NCBI GenBank assembly: GCA_963575745.1
Contig: CAUYUJ010000001.1
Span: forward strand, 2,914,001-2,978,000
DNA from: Prorocentrum cordatum
Taxonomy: Eukaryota
DNA: 64,000 nucleotides
Reading direction: 5' to 3'
Under the pieces are notes generated by a model that worked only from the letters and a program-made list of their open reading frames with translations, searched no databases and was not told the DNA's origin. The first letter of the stretch is position 1, and the number at the start of each line of letters is the position of its first letter. A program made the position numbers and the translations under genes. Shown one piece after another: positions 49,150-62,685 of this stretch.

Positions 49150-51330
49150 CTCCGTCGGCAAAGCAAAAGAGACTCTCTGGGCCCCAGCCTGGGGCTTGCT
49201 CCCTGGCTGCCCCCTCGCCGCGTTCATCTTGGTAGTGCTCGTATGGCCGTGGAGGCAAGCCACTGGCCGGGCAAGTGACAAGCTCTGTCGGCGCATCTAT
49301 GTGGACGATTTCGCGCGGTGGTTCAGGACGCCTTCTGAGCTCGGAAGCGAAGCCGCCGAGAGCGCCCGCAATGCGCTGCGCCTCACAGGCGCACTCGAAG
49401 CGGCGATGGGGTGGCGCTCGAACCGGACAGGCGCCGGCAATATGCCGGCGGCCGAGCGGCGGTTCCGTGGCTCGCAGAGCAGACGCCCAGCATCCGAGCC
49501 CAGCCTGGCTTTCGCGATCTTGGGGCGGCGGCTGTAGCCGGTGGCAGCTAATTGCCGCTGCGATTCGGCCAACGCTGCCTCCTGGGCGCTGTCGCGGGCA
49601 CTGCGCCCGGGCCATGCGGCGCCGCCTGCGGGCTGCCTCCGGCTCGCGCTCGCCGCGATCCAGACCGCTGCGCGACAGGCGACGCGCGGGGGCAGATTCC
49701 GCGCGGCAGCGAAACTCGTCCTCGGCACGCTGGCGCCGGGATGACGGCTGGACGCCGCGGCTGTGGCAGGCGGGGCGAAGGCCTTCCGTCGCCAGCGGTT
49801 CGCCGCTGCCTTGTGCCGCGCGGCGGCCGGGGCGAGGGCTGTTGGGCGCGGCCCCGGGGCGGGCCCGCTACTTGCCGCGGTCCGCAGCATGGCGAAGCTC
49901 CTGCTTGGGGGCGACGTCGAGGTCTGGGCGGGAGTGCCCGCCGCGCAAGCAGGCTGGCGCCCAGAAGTGCGTCCGCTTCAGGGCACCCGCGCCGCCCTGC
50001 TGGAGGCCTGGGCGCGCTGGGAAGCCCGCGCCCCGGCGGCCCGCCCCGCGGACTTCGCGAGTGCGCAGGCGGGCGCGGACAGGCGGGCCACTCGGCGGCT
50101 ACTCGAGAGAAAGGGCGCCTTGGCACCAGACGCCGCCGGCGCCCTACGCGCGGCGTTTGCCAGCAGCGCGGTCAAGGCTTCTGCCGCGAAGCGGGGCGAG
50201 CCGGAACGCTGTCCGCGCTGCGGAGCCACGCGCGAAGACCGGCAGCGCCGGTTCTGGGACTGCCCGCGGCGGGCCGAACCGAGGCGCGCGGCGATCGTTG
50301 CCGGGCGCCTTTCGGCCGCTGCCCTGCAGGCCCGCCTGCCGCCAAGGGGCGTGAATTCCGGCGCGCTTCCGCTCGGCGCCCGCCTGGCCGCGCTCGCTGC
50401 TGCCGCAGCCGGCGCCAGCGCCCCCGCGGCGCCCCCCCCGCCGCTCCCTCCCGCGCAAAGCGCGGCGCGGTGCAAGGCCTGGGCCGACGGCTCACCCTGC
50501 CGACCCGCCGCTGGCCTGCGCCGGATTGGGCCCCCGCTGGGGGGATATACCGCGGGCGCGAAGACCGTCGACGGGGCGCCGACTGCGCGGCGCGCCGAGC
50601 TCACGGCCTCGGTGCCCAGCAGCCGTTCGAGGTCGTCACAGACTCGCAATGCGTCCAGAACGGTGTCTCCAGGCACCGGCAGGGCGTTTCCCACAGCAGG
50701 AGTGGACGCATTCTGATTTGTGGAAACTAATCGATCCCCCCTGCCGATGCGGGCCACCGAAGGCGAAGTGGGTCAATAGCCGCCTGCCTGGACGGAGGCG
50801 GCGCAGCCGCGCGCGGCGTGTCCAGCGAGGGGCAGCTGGGCAATGCAGCCGCGGACCACCTAGCAAATCCGACGGCCTCAGCGCGGCTGCCGCCGCCGGA
50901 TTTCCTGCAGGCTCGCGGGATCACGCCGCGCGCCCTCCGGACTCCGCAGGCGAGGCTGGCCGCCGAGGGCGAGCTGGCGGCGGTGCAGGCCCGCCGCGGC
51001 AGCTCCGGGCCAGCCGCGGCGCGCGCGGCGCTGCTGGGTCGCGCTGGGGCCTCGGCGCCGCGAGCCCAGCGCGAGGGGCGACGGCGGCCGCGGCCTGGTG
51101 AGCGCTGCTGGCAGCCCCGCACCCAAGCATCGCCGCGTCGGCCAGCGCACTCTTCGCCGGCGCCGCCTGCAGGGCGAGAGCGCGCCGCTTCGCAAGAGCC
51201 AGGGTGGGTGGCTTGCGCGCGACGCGGCTGTCGCTCGGGGATTTCTGGTCAGTCGCCGCTGCGCCGGGTGGGCGCCTGCCCTGCCGCCGCGGGCAGCGGG
51301 CCTTCTCCTGCTCCCGTGGCTCCGACTGTA
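49150..51330 (+). mobile_element. 5'-truncated, decayed LINE with RT, Cys knuckle and RNase H
   Basis: GLLPGCPLA and RRIYVDD (RT); CPRCG...RFWDCP; RNase H remnants AWADGS, TARRAELTA, VVTDSQCV, HSDLWKLI, KWVNS, GNAAADHLA in shifting frames. Confidence 0.85.
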
Positions 51331-51359
51331 GATGCAGTTGTGGGTTTACTCGATCACAG

Positions 51360-52350
51360 TAAGGGGTCCTCGACGCTCAGCTGAAGGTCCTCGTAGCTCT
51401 GCGCGGGGCCCCTGCAAGCCAGCTTGTGGTCCTCGTTGTTCAGCTGGAGGCCCCAGTAACTCTAATAGAGGTTCTCGTCGGCCAGCCTGTGGCCCCAGTA
51501 GTTCCGCTGGTGGCTCTCGTAGCACCAGCGGTGGCCCTGGTCACTCCGCCAGTGGATCTCGTGGCTCAGCCCGTGGCCCTCGTAGCTCCGCTGGGAGCTC
51601 TCGTAGCTTGGTTGGTGGCTGTCGTAGCTCTGCTTGCGGCCCTCGCAGCTCTGCAGGTGGCCCTCGTAGCTGTGAGATTAGCTCGCTCCCGTGGTCCGAA
51701 TCGGGAGCCGTCGGCTGTCAGGTCGTAGTGGTCATTTTGCCCATCGGCGCGCCTTGCGATGGCACGGCCTCCTCCCCTCCTCGGAACACAGCTGGTGCCC
51801 CTCGGAGCTCTGCAGGTGGCTCTCGGGCTTTGCCTGCGGCCCGCGTAGCACAGCTTGTGGCCTCGTAGCTCAGTTCGTGACTCTTGGGGTCCTGCTTGTG
51901 GCCTTCGTAACACTTCTGCTGGCTCTTGTAGCTTCGCAAGTGGCCATCGTGGCTCTTCGGGTTGCCCTTTAAGTTTTTCTTCGTGGCCCATCTAGCTCAA
52001 CTGGAGGCCCTCGCAGCTATACTGGTGCCTGTCGCAGTTCCGCAAGTGGCCATTGTGGTTCTGCGTCGCCCTCGTTGCTCTGCTTGTGGCTATCGTAGTT
52101 CAAGCGGTGGTTCTCGTGGCTCAGCCAATGGCCTTCGTAGCTCCTCCGGCGGTTCTTGGGCTCGGGAGGTGGCCATGGTTTCAAAGCTGATGGCTTCTCC
52201 AAGCTCTGTTCCTTGCCCTCGTAGCTCTGCTGATGCCATCGTTGCGTAGGAGGTTGCCCTGGTAGCTCTGCTGGTGGCCCTCGTCGCGTAGCAGAATGCC
52301 CTGGTAGCTCTGCGGGTGGTTCTCGTAGCCCTGCTTGTGGCCTTTTGTAA
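51360..52350. repeat. Degenerate ~21-bp minisatellite (GGTGGCCCTCGTAGCTCTGCT-like)
   Basis: tcgtagct/gtggc motifs recurring at ~21-bp multiples. Confidence 0.82.
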
Positions 52351-53369
52351 CACTGCTGCCACAATGATGAAGCCGCTTGTGGTGTATTCGTCGGGCCGTT
52401 GTACTCACCATCGCCGTTGTATGCGACAGAGCCGTGATTGTCGTAGGCGGCGTAGACGTGGTTCACCAGTATCTCCACGACGATCTCATTGCTGATTTCG
52501 TACTTGTTGCATCATCAAATTGGCGTCCACTTGGATGATGTAGTCGCCTGTCCGCGCAGCGTTCCCAGCCTACGCGCTGCAGCGAGTGCCGCTCTCGGCC
52601 TCCAACGGCCAGATCTGGTCTGCCCGCGGCTTACGTTCCGCCATCGCGCGGCGGCAGGCCGTGCGGGCTGAGGCCGGCCCCACGGCCCTGGGGCCTGGGG
52701 GATGGATCCCCCATACGTGCGGCCTTCATCCTGCTCATCCTCCTCCTCCTCTTCCTCCTCCTCCTCCTCATCCTCCTCCTCCCATCTTCGTCTCCCTTTA
52801 TCCCCCCAGTTATGATTTTCCTCCTCATGATTATCCTGCTCCTCCTCCTGCTCCTGCTCCTGCTCCTGTTCCTCCTCCTCTTCCTCTTCCTCCTCGTCCC
52901 ATTTTGTTTTCACTTTGTTTCTTCCCTGTTATCTTTTTCCTCCTCCTGCTCCTGTTCCTGCTCGTCTCGCCCTTCCTTCTCCCACTCCCTCCGCACTTCC
53001 CTGGCCCGCTCCCCCTCTCCTCCACCACCTCCTCCTCCCCTGGCGAGGAGGAGGCGGAGGAAGGGGGGGGATGGCGTGGAGGAAGGGGCGGAAGTGGAAT
53101 GGGGGGTGGACGAGAAGTTGGGCGAAGTTGGGGGCGGAGGAACCGGAGGCGGGGGGAGAAAGGTCAATGAGAAAAAGGGGAACCGTGGTTGCACTCATGA
53201 ACGCGCAATCAAGCTGCCCGACCGCGTTCCGAACTTGTTGAATACACGATCCGCGACTTGACCATCTGTACTCCCACCTGGAAGACTCCGACTCCCCTTA
53301 CAAGAATAAAACCGGCGCGACCCTAATCAGGGGAAATATTACAAAGAAAACAACTAAGCACCGAGTAGA

Positions 53370-54105
53370 TCCCACCAGCCCTCTGGGCGTAGGTGGTCTA
53401 GGAAGGCTCCTATTCCAACCCCCTCCTTCCTCTTCGGGGAAGGGTTGACCACTGTTCCTTATTGATATACACCCCCTCCACCACCTGGCCGGCGGCTAAC
53501 CCGGAACCATGCCGACTCCATGCGGACCCGCCCCCCACCATCCCTGCCCAAACAAATACAAACCGCATTCTGCCTCCACATTTGGAGCATGAGTGGCCAA
53601 CCCGATAAGCCCCATCCCCACCATCCTTGTCAAAAAACACTGCAAAGTACACTTTGGGGCGAAGTCTCGAATCATGCTCGTGAGGCCCGCGAGCACTTTG
53701 TATTGTTTTTGACAGGGACGGCGGGGGTGTTAGCATATTCCCTGCTGCGCGCAGGGCTACCACCCCTGACAAAAAACAATACAACATGCACCTCGCGGCC
53801 AAATTTGGACCATGTGCGGCCATCCCGCGATCTCTGTCAAGTGGTTATTGACAGGGACGGCGGGGATGGTGTCGCGTGGCCTGCTGTGCGCAGGCCCACC
53901 AGACACAATGATGGGCATTGGCTTTCGACAAGAACGGCGGGGGCCGACATGTTTCCCGATGTGTGGTGTCACGTGCGCAGGGGCACCTGACGCACTCTGC
54001 ACATATCCCGAGCGTGGCACATCTGGAGCGGCTGGAGTGTGCGGCACACCTGGCGCACTCGGAGCACGTGGCGCATCTGGCGCACCCGGCGTGCCTGACA
54101 CGCGT
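53370..54105 (+). repeat. ~730-bp dispersed repeat with internal inverted motifs (copy B)
   Basis: Colinear with 23225-23960, e.g. ggcctgctgtgcgcaggcccaccagacacaatgatgggcatt is identical. Confidence 0.9.
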
Positions 54106-54299
54106 TGCGCACCTCGCCAAAGTCTCGCGCCCCTGGGGTCGGCTGACCGCTGAACATGTGCAGGCTTGGGTGTTACTTATGTGTTGGGAGGGCGGGTGGG
54201 AGTGAGCTAGACGGCTTGCGGACGGGTGGGTAGCTTGGACATTCCCCCTACCCCCTCCCCTGGACCTGGACGCGGGGTTCCGCTGGTAGTTCGAGCGTT

Positions 54300-54860
54300 C
54301 AAGATGGCCCAAGACGGCTCCAAGAGCGCCTCGGAGAGCCCAAGATGAGCTCCAAGATGGCTCAAGATAGCCTAAGATGACTTAAGATGGCTCCCAAGAA
54401 GCTCGAAGACGGCTCCAAGAGGCTTCCGAGACCGTGGAGGCCTCCGATAAACCAACATCCTTCAAACACCTAAGGAACATCAATGAGTTGCGCATCGTCG
54501 ACCATTCGCTTTCGATAGCCTGCCGAGGCCTCGAGATGGCTTCAAGATGACCCAAGAGGGCCCCAAGAGAGGCCCAAGAGAGGCCCAAGAGAGCCCCAAG
54601 AGACCATGTGTTGGGCTCCCGAGGGGCAGGGCTAATTGGGAACCCCATCTTTTTTGATCGGTGCCCTCCAAGATGGCTCCAAGAGCGTTCCCAAGGCTCC
54701 CAGGGGCGCCCCAAGAGGGCCCCAAGAGGCACCTAGACGGCCCCAAGAAGCGCCCAAGAGGCCTCCGAGAGGCCCCCAAGAGGCTCCAAAGAGGCTTCAA
54801 GAGGATCCCCGCGGCACAAGAGATGCCCCCCAGACGCTCCAAAAGCCCCCCCCAAAAAAA
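54300..54860 (+). repeat. CCAAGA-rich dispersed repeat
   Basis: Dense ccaaga motifs. Confidence 0.8.
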
Positions 54861-56444
54861 AAACAAGAGGCATCCGAGGAGGCTCTTCTGATCGTTATGC
54901 CCCTCCTCATCATCCGTCTCCCCCTCCTCCTCCTCCTCCTCCTCCTCCTCCTCCTCCTCCTCCTCCTCATTATGCGCCTCCGGCTCTCCCTCTTCCATCC
55001 CCTCTCTCCGCCCACCTCCTCCTCCGCCGCCTCCTTCTGTTTCACTTTCCAAGGGAAACCACAGGGGACCCCAAGAGCCTTTCTAGAATCGTATGCATCT
55101 TCTGTCCACCCTCGTTATTCCTGCTCATTCTCCTCCTCGTCCTGTTCCTCCTTCTCGGCCTCCCCCTCCTCAGTCTCCCTCCTCTCTCCTCCCCCTCCCA
55201 CACTTCCTCCTCACCCTCCTGATCCTTCTACTCCTCATTCTCCTCCTCCGTATCAGCCTACTGCTCTTCCTCCCTCCTCCCATTCCCCCCCCTCCCCCAC
55301 CTCTCCCTTCTCCTTCCTCCCCCTCCTCCTCCATCCTTCCCCCTCGTCCTCCTCCGACGACGACCATGATTTCTCCTCGTTCCTTCCCCCTCCTGTGGGA
55401 CGACGGTTTCTCCAGCCTTTTGTTCCTCTGCATGCTCGCTCACTTCCCTGATCAGGGCAACCGCCTGGGCATCGTCTCTGGATAGGCTTCTTGCCTTTCC
55501 ATGTCCGATGGCATGTTACAGGACGCTCAAAGACAACCGAGACGCTAACTTCCTCGTCGTCGTCGTCGTCCCCCTCCTCCTCTTTTTTCTCCCCCCTCTA
55601 CATCGCACCCTCCTCCTCCTTCTTCTCCTCCCCCTCCCCCCTGCAATACCTTGCAATGCCCTGCAAACCAGACCACAAAAGCGCCCCCAGAGCGTCCGAA
55701 GAGCGTCCCAAGCCTTTGTTGTCGTCATCGGCGTCGTCTTCGTGGTCGTCGTCTTCGTCGTCGTCTTCGTCGTCGTCGTCGGGTGCGTCGTCATTGTCGT
55801 GGTCATCGCTGTCGTCGTCGTCGTCGCTCTCTTCCACTCTCATCCCACCGCCGTCTCTTCCTCATCCTTATCCGCCGTCCTCCTCCCACTCCTCCCACAC
55901 GGAGGGAGTAAAAGGAAGCAAGTAAGAATTAGGAGGAACAAGAGGAGATAAGCGAGGGCATGAGGAGATACGCGCGAAAACCATGACAGCCGGCATGCTT
56001 CGCAAAAGTTGCTGTTTTGGGATGGGCTGGTGGGGATACGCGAGATTGGCATTACTTTGCGTTGCTTGGCAATGCTTCGCGTTACTTGGCAGTGCTTGGC
56101 AATGCTTCACATTTCTCAGCATTGCTTGCCCCGGCAGCCCCGAGCAACCCAGGCAAGCAGGCAACGGAGCATCCAGGGCAAACGAGCAATTGGGCAACCT
56201 CGAGCAACCCCAGGGCACGCTGGGCAACTGGGCAACGAAGCAACCCAGGGAACGCCGAGGGCCGCCTCCCCTTAGAGGCCTGCGCACACACTGGTTTCTT
56301 TCACAAGCAAGATAGAGCCTATTCAGGCAAACCAAATTTGGAAATCGCTGTTAGAAAGTGGCGCCCGCCTGGGGGTGCTTGCCTTCTGGAAACATGACGC
56401 ATACATCCCCTGGCTTTCTTGCCCTTCCCCTCCTCCTTCTCGCA

Positions 56445-57384
56445 TTCTCCTCCTCCTCCTCCTCCTCGCACTCCTCCTCCTCCTCCTCCTCCTGCCGCAC
56501 CTCCTCCTCCTCCTCCTTCTCCTCCTCCTCCTGCTCCACCACCACCTAAAGCCGTCTCAGCATCATCATCATCGTCATCAGCATCAGCAGCAGCAGCATC
56601 ATCACCATCACAATCATCATCCTCATGCCTCCTCCTCCTCATCATCATCGTCATCATCAGCATCAGCATCATCACCCGCATCAGCTTCTTCATCACCATA
56701 ATCAGCAACAGCATCATCAACATCATCATCACCATCAACAGCATCATCAACATCATGGTAACCACTTCCACCTCCATCATCATAATCATCAGCATACCCA
56801 TCAGCACCATCAATATCAGCATCAACATCATCATAACAATTACCAGCAGTACCACCAGCACCATCACCACTACACACATCATCATGACCATCATCAGAAG
56901 CGTCACCATCATCATCACATTCATCAACCTCATCAGTATCGGCATCCTCACCATCAGTATCATCATCATACCCATCGTCATCATAACGACAATCATCGTC
57001 ATCATGAGCGTCATCATCATCATCGTAATCGTCATAATCATCATAATCACTATCATTTTGCTACTCATCATCAGCATCATCACCACGATCACCAGCATTA
57101 TCATCACCATCGTCATCACGGTCATCAGCATCACCGTTACCAGCATCACAATCCTCATTACCACCATCATCGTCATCATCGTCATACTTATCATCGTCAG
57201 CATCATCATCGTCATTATCACTACAATCGTCAGCATCAGCATCATTATCATCTACATCATCATCATCATCATCATCTGACTCGTCATCCTGAACATCATA
57301 AGCATCATCATCCTAATCAGCATCAGCATCAGCACCAGCATCGACATCATCATCACCACCATCATCCTGTGAATCATCATCATC

Positions 57385-57418
<34 letters not shown>

Positions 57419-57643
57419 TCAGCATCATCATCATGGCCTCCTTCTCGCCCTCCACATCGATCTCATCCTTCACCTCATGACGAGGACGAGCGGCAAACGA
57501 GGAGGAGCAGGAGGAGGAGGGGGAGCAGCAGGTGATGAGAACGGATGAGGAGCAGGGGGAGGAGGAGGAGGAGGAGGAGGAGGAGGAGGAGGAGGAGGAG
57601 GAGGAGGAGGAGGAGCAGGAGGAGGAGGAGGAGGAGGAGGAGG
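56445..57643. repeat. (TCC)n, long degenerate (CAT)n and (GGA)n microsatellites
   Basis: Direct runs; the (GGA)n abuts the LINE 3' end. Confidence 0.95.
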
Positions 57644-57768
57644 ATTTGTTTTGGTCACCTTGGACCTCACCTCCACCCCTCTCAGCCCTTCGCACGAGCC
57701 TCCTTGGCCGCTACACGGGCACGGAGGGCATCCAGGCCTGAAAGGGGCGACGCACACGCTGGCGTCTG

Positions 57769-60700
57769 CTAGGGTCGGGACGCTACGGCATGCGCTCGCG
57801 CCTCGACCCTCGTGAGCGGAGCCTCGAGCTCCGCGCAAGAAACGGGTACATCGCGCTTCGGGTGCAGGCCTCTCCTGAGCCTTCGAAGCGCAGTGGTGCC
57901 TGCACTGCTCCTGTCGCTGTCTCTTAGGGGCCTGAGACAACGTGACAAGAGCATGTGCAGGCGGTGCTGGGCGTAGTAGCCACAGCTCATGCAGAAAAAC
58001 AACGGACTTGGCTCGTCCCCGACTTGCGTGCTAGCCAGAACGTGGCCATGTTCTGGCGAGATGGTCAGTAGCTCTTCGACCATCCTAGGGAAGCCCTCGC
58101 AGCCCACCGTGGGTCTGTCTTCCATGGCTCCTGCATAAAACCTGAAGCAACTCGAACACCGATGGCCCCACAGCCAGGTGTCCCAAGTGTGCCAACCCTC
58201 GGCACGCTTAAACACTTTCTGCTTCTTGGCCCGTCGAGGAGGCCGAGCGTGGGTGACCCTGGGAAAAAGCGGCAGAACGTCCGCCAAAATCCGCGCCACC
58301 GTTTCGATTCTCTCGATCGAGCTCTTCACCTCGTCCCACTCGTTTTGGCTAGCTTGTGGGTGCAACAAAATCGCTTGCTTGGCTTCATGATCCGCACGCC
58401 TGTTGGCACGACCTATGGACCGCTGAGGCTCTTCTAGCATATCTATCGTGGCAGAGTCCCTGTGTGCTGGGGTCCAGACGGCTGGGGCATACGCATCTCG
58501 TTCCATGTGCTGCAGAGCTCCGCGCCTGAGTCCAGCATACTTGTGTTTATGACTCAACTGAGAAACCGTGCTGGCATTGTGAAGCTTGGCGGCATTCATA
58601 CAATCACTGTAGCAGGCTTGCCCATGCTTGGGCACGAACATCGGGAGCAAGGCCAGCTGAAGTTGCTCTGCTGCCTGGCTCGTCTGAGGAAGGCTCGGCC
58701 ATACGGGGCATTTTGCAGCTCTCCGTCCCTTCCCATGAACACCCATGAAAACGCTGCTCGTGATAGATCTCGAATCTGGTGCGGGAAACACGACCCGTCC
58801 CCCGCCACATTCAAATCAGTAGTGTCGAAGTCCGCCCAGTCCATTCGCCGACCCTCGGCGCTATACAAGTAAGGCTCGTGCTGGTCGGACAAAGGCGGCA
58901 TATCTTTGACAGGGTTGACAAACTTTAGACCAGCGGAGAAGTTGTGCCCCCCTTCCCTCGCCCTCTGAAAGAAGCTGTCCTTCACCCCCGTACTAGTCCT
59001 AGCCGCCGAAGCCTCGGGGCTGGCACAAAAGTAAATCCCATGGGCAACAGAACCTGGCTCCCCGCACAGCGGGCAGCAACCTGTCGAATGATAACCAGCC
59101 TGCTGCGCCCGATCCTCGGTCCAGAGTCCGTCGCAAAAGACCGTGTTGACCAAGTACTTGCCTTGGGCATTCAGTCCTATGCCTCGGAGTCTAGGCTGAG
59201 TGATACGTCGCAGCGGCCCGACGCAGACGCGATCTCCTACAGGCCACCCGAGCTTCTGTCCCAGGACCCGCTCGTGGTGTCGTTGCACCCCTTCTTTCAA
59301 GAGCGCGGAGATCATGGCAGGGGAGTTGTAAAGCAGACTCAACTCGACTCCCCTATCGTCGGCCCACATCAAAAACGAAGTCGATTTCCACCCGATGCGA
59401 AAAAGCGACAACACCATCCGACTGATAGGACCCCTCGTCTTCCCCCATTTCCACCCCTCAATTCCTTCCTGGGAGATGGAGTCCCACATGCTGCGAAGCT
59501 GGGGCAGCGTGAAACTGGCCGTGCACGGCGCCGTCGTGGTGCTCCACGCAACGGCTGCCCAAGCGAGCGCAGGAGCGACCATGCTCCTCCACATCGGATC
59601 GCCTAACAGAGCTGTCTTGGCAGTGGGTGAAACCCCTCCATGACACGGCGCCTGATAGGAAAGCATCACCCCTCGCGCACGCTTAAGTTCAGCGTCAGAC
59701 ATGCCAGTCACCGTATCTCCAAAACTGACCGCGGGCTTAACGCCAGCGGTGTAAATCTTACCGATTCTAGTTTTGTCCCTCGGCAGAGCTTTCCTATACC
59801 TCTGGAGCCTTCGGCGTCTGCGAATCATGCCCGCAACTCGGGCCTTGCGTTTGCCAAGAGCTTGTTTGGTGCTGCGTTTCACCCCGGGAGCTAAATCGAC
59901 CCCGAGCGAGACCACGTGGGCCCCGACCGTCCCAGCCAGCGTTCCGAGCCTGCGTCCAACTCGCAGCGACAAGTCGGGGGTGGAGCCAAAGGTCATGAGT
60001 TTATCGGGGGCCAAACCAACACCTAACTCTTCCTTAAAGACACGTTCCAGGTCCTCAGCTGCCTGGCCGAGAACTTGGACCACATGGTCCGCCGCGCCGT
60101 ACGCGCTGACGGTGTCGTCGTCGACGTGCGAAGCAAGGTCAACAGCAGGATTCCTGGCCACGAAGCCGTCGAACGGGACCATAGCATAAACTTTAACGTT
60201 GGTATCATTCAGGCAGGATCCTGCTGGCAACCCACACTTCGCGTACATCGGAGAAAGGCTGTGGTCCGAGCCAAGCCGCAAAACCCGAGGCCCGCGCCAA
60301 AAATTGTAGGTCACCTTGACCACGATAGGGTTAAGGCCCGCCTGCAGGGAGCGATCCCTAAGCGTAGTGAGCCTGAACGATTCATAATACTTGGTGCCAT
60401 CCCAAGAAAAACCTCCCGTGACACCCCCTTCGGCCACTTGGGCCTCCGCTTTGACCGCCTGCCTCCACATTTCAGCCTCCGCCGGCTTCCCCGCCCCAAA
60501 AGCCCAATACTTGCGCGGGTGCGCGTCGCAATACGGGAGCAACTGCGGTCGCCTGAGCTTTTCCCACAGGCGAACAGGAGAGGCACAGAGCAGGACAGGA
60601 CGCAAACCCCCTTTTGGCTTCTCGAGGAGGGGGAAAAACATCCAATACAGGGCCTTCGGGTAGACCCCGATCTTTTCAACAGTTTGAAACAGGCAACTGA

Positions 60701-62426
60701 GCACTTCGAGCCCCGCGTCGGGGAGCAAGCTGAAGTGCCGCACATGTATGCCGTCAAGTGACTGCGCAGTGTGTGGTGAGAACCCTCTACTGGCAGCTCG
60801 AATGTCATCAGGCTTGAGCCTGTCGAAACAATTTCTGTCCAAAGCCTCCAGAGGTTCTGGCATGGACGTCGCTTCCCAGAATTTACCTAACACGTTGGCT
60901 TCATTCGCGAGCAGCTTGCGCGGGTCGGCCGAATAAATCCCAGGAGCCGTTTCAATCACGGTCGGCATCCAAGCGCTTTTGTTCCGAGTCAGTTTATGTA
61001 TCTTGCGAGCTGATCCCGAGAGGGCTTCCGTCTGCCACTGGTCCCAGCTCACCTTAGCTTTATTGTCGAGGCCAGCGCGAGCTTCGGCAAAATCCTCCTC
61101 CCAATCATCAAGCGCTTCGGTGCATCGATCTATCCACCCAGACAGATTTGCCGCTCGCTGAGGCCAAGACTCCGCCAGACGGCGCGCCGCTTGCACAGTG
61201 GTGTCGAGTCGCACAGCTCGGCCTTCAGCTTCAAAAGGCTGCTGAACTATATGTACTAAGTTCCTGCAGGCCTCGAGCTCGGCGTGGTCGACGAGGCCGG
61301 CCTCATAAATACGAATGCTGGTCTGTTGAAGGTCTCGCATGGTCTGCTGGAGCCAAATCCACCCTTCCCAGACTAAAACCTCCTCCTCGACCTTCCCCTT
61401 CGGGGGGAAGACAATCGAAACCCACTTAGCACGCAAAGGCTTGCCCCTGCCCCCTCTGGACTTTAAAGTCACCCCCGCCAGATTTTCGAGCTCAACTTCC
61501 ATGACATCCGAAAATCGTTTCCAAGCCTCATTCAGCAGAGTCCAAGCAAGAGTGACAGAAGCACTGCTGGCGCACATGTTGGCCTCCTCGGCCAACGTCC
61601 TGGCTAATCTCCAATCCTGGGGCTTTGGTGACGGACCAAAAGGGACCTCACAGGGAATACGTTGGTGGGTCTGATAAACAAGCTGTTTGAGTTTTATCGC
61701 ACCTTGCTTAAAGATAAGCTGCACTGGCCGATGAGGTCGCTTGGGCCAGTTCTTCACAACATCGGTCTTGTCGACCATCTTGGCTACCGCTGGGGACACA
61801 ACGAAGAAATCGATCCGCGAGTGGGCCTTCGCCGTCACACAGGTTTCGATCTTCGGCTGGAGGATCAACATATCGGCTTTCCTCAGTAACCCCGTAAACT
61901 CGATAATCGTCGGCCCCAGGTTCCAATCAGCCCCGAAGATGGCCATGTGGGTCCCCTGGAGCGTTTCCCCGATCAGTTTGAGCAGCTCGAGGTTTCGCTT
62001 CGACAGCCCCTCGGTGGTGTACAAATAAGCACAGCCAGCCAAAATCGGCGGCCACCCTGGTATGTCTAACATCGCAAAAAGTAGACGGTGTTCGACGAGT
62101 ACCCCTCGCGGTAGGTGTGGAGGCCAACGAAGTCCGATACTCGTCCTGGCAAAAATCGCTACTCCAGCCGACGTCTGCCCCGCATCGCAGGGTACCGAAG
62201 GTGTGTAGAGCATATGCCATCCCATACCAAGAGCTGTTGCAATCTTGTCACCCACATCTTCGGCCGTGATCCCGATCTCCTGGGCGAGCAGAACCAAGGC
62301 TGAGCTCCGCGCAAGACGTTCCGAGAGCGTGCCCCAGCTGTTACCGTCATAGGACTCGCACACAAACAGGAAATTGTCTGCCGTGGGGTCGTCGGCAATC
62401 GGAGTTGGCGGACAGCCTGACCCCAT
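57769..62426 (-). pseudogene. LINE ORF2 (APE endonuclease, RT, Cys/His knuckle, RNase H) with one frameshift near 58710
   Basis: LLAQE, GADWN, SRIDFF, HRPV (APE); AQSLDG, EKPKGGLRPV, DGTKYYE, GLPAGS, SHVDD (RT); CPLCG..HGIYFC; AGDGS in the long frame then AAEQL, YSDC, WTPAH, NRRAD in frame 57769-58791 (RNase H). Start codon uncertain. Confidence 0.88.
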
Positions 62427-62685
62427 GGCCGAAATCTTGAAACCAGTGCACAGCGGCTGGCCTGCGAACGGGGCCAGACTAGAATGCTTAACGTGATCTC
62501 GGTCCCTCCCATGATACGAGCATCTGAGTTCGTCACTCGAGACGCCCGAAGGGAGGATCCGCTCCTGGTGTGAAAAGGTGCCGTGGGAAAGCTCCGCTCG
62601 CCGAAGGCTGCTGCTGTCGTGCCGCTGCACTCCCGAAGAAGTGCTCAGAACACGACGTCCATGTAGTGCATCATGATGTGCGCCG

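Noticed and set aside
52380..52700. Possible upstream exon or pseudogene fragment
   Set aside because: An acceptor-like site is present but no frame gives a recognisable motif
56319..57695. Poly-Met/Ile/His ORFs
   Set aside because: Microsatellite translation artefacts
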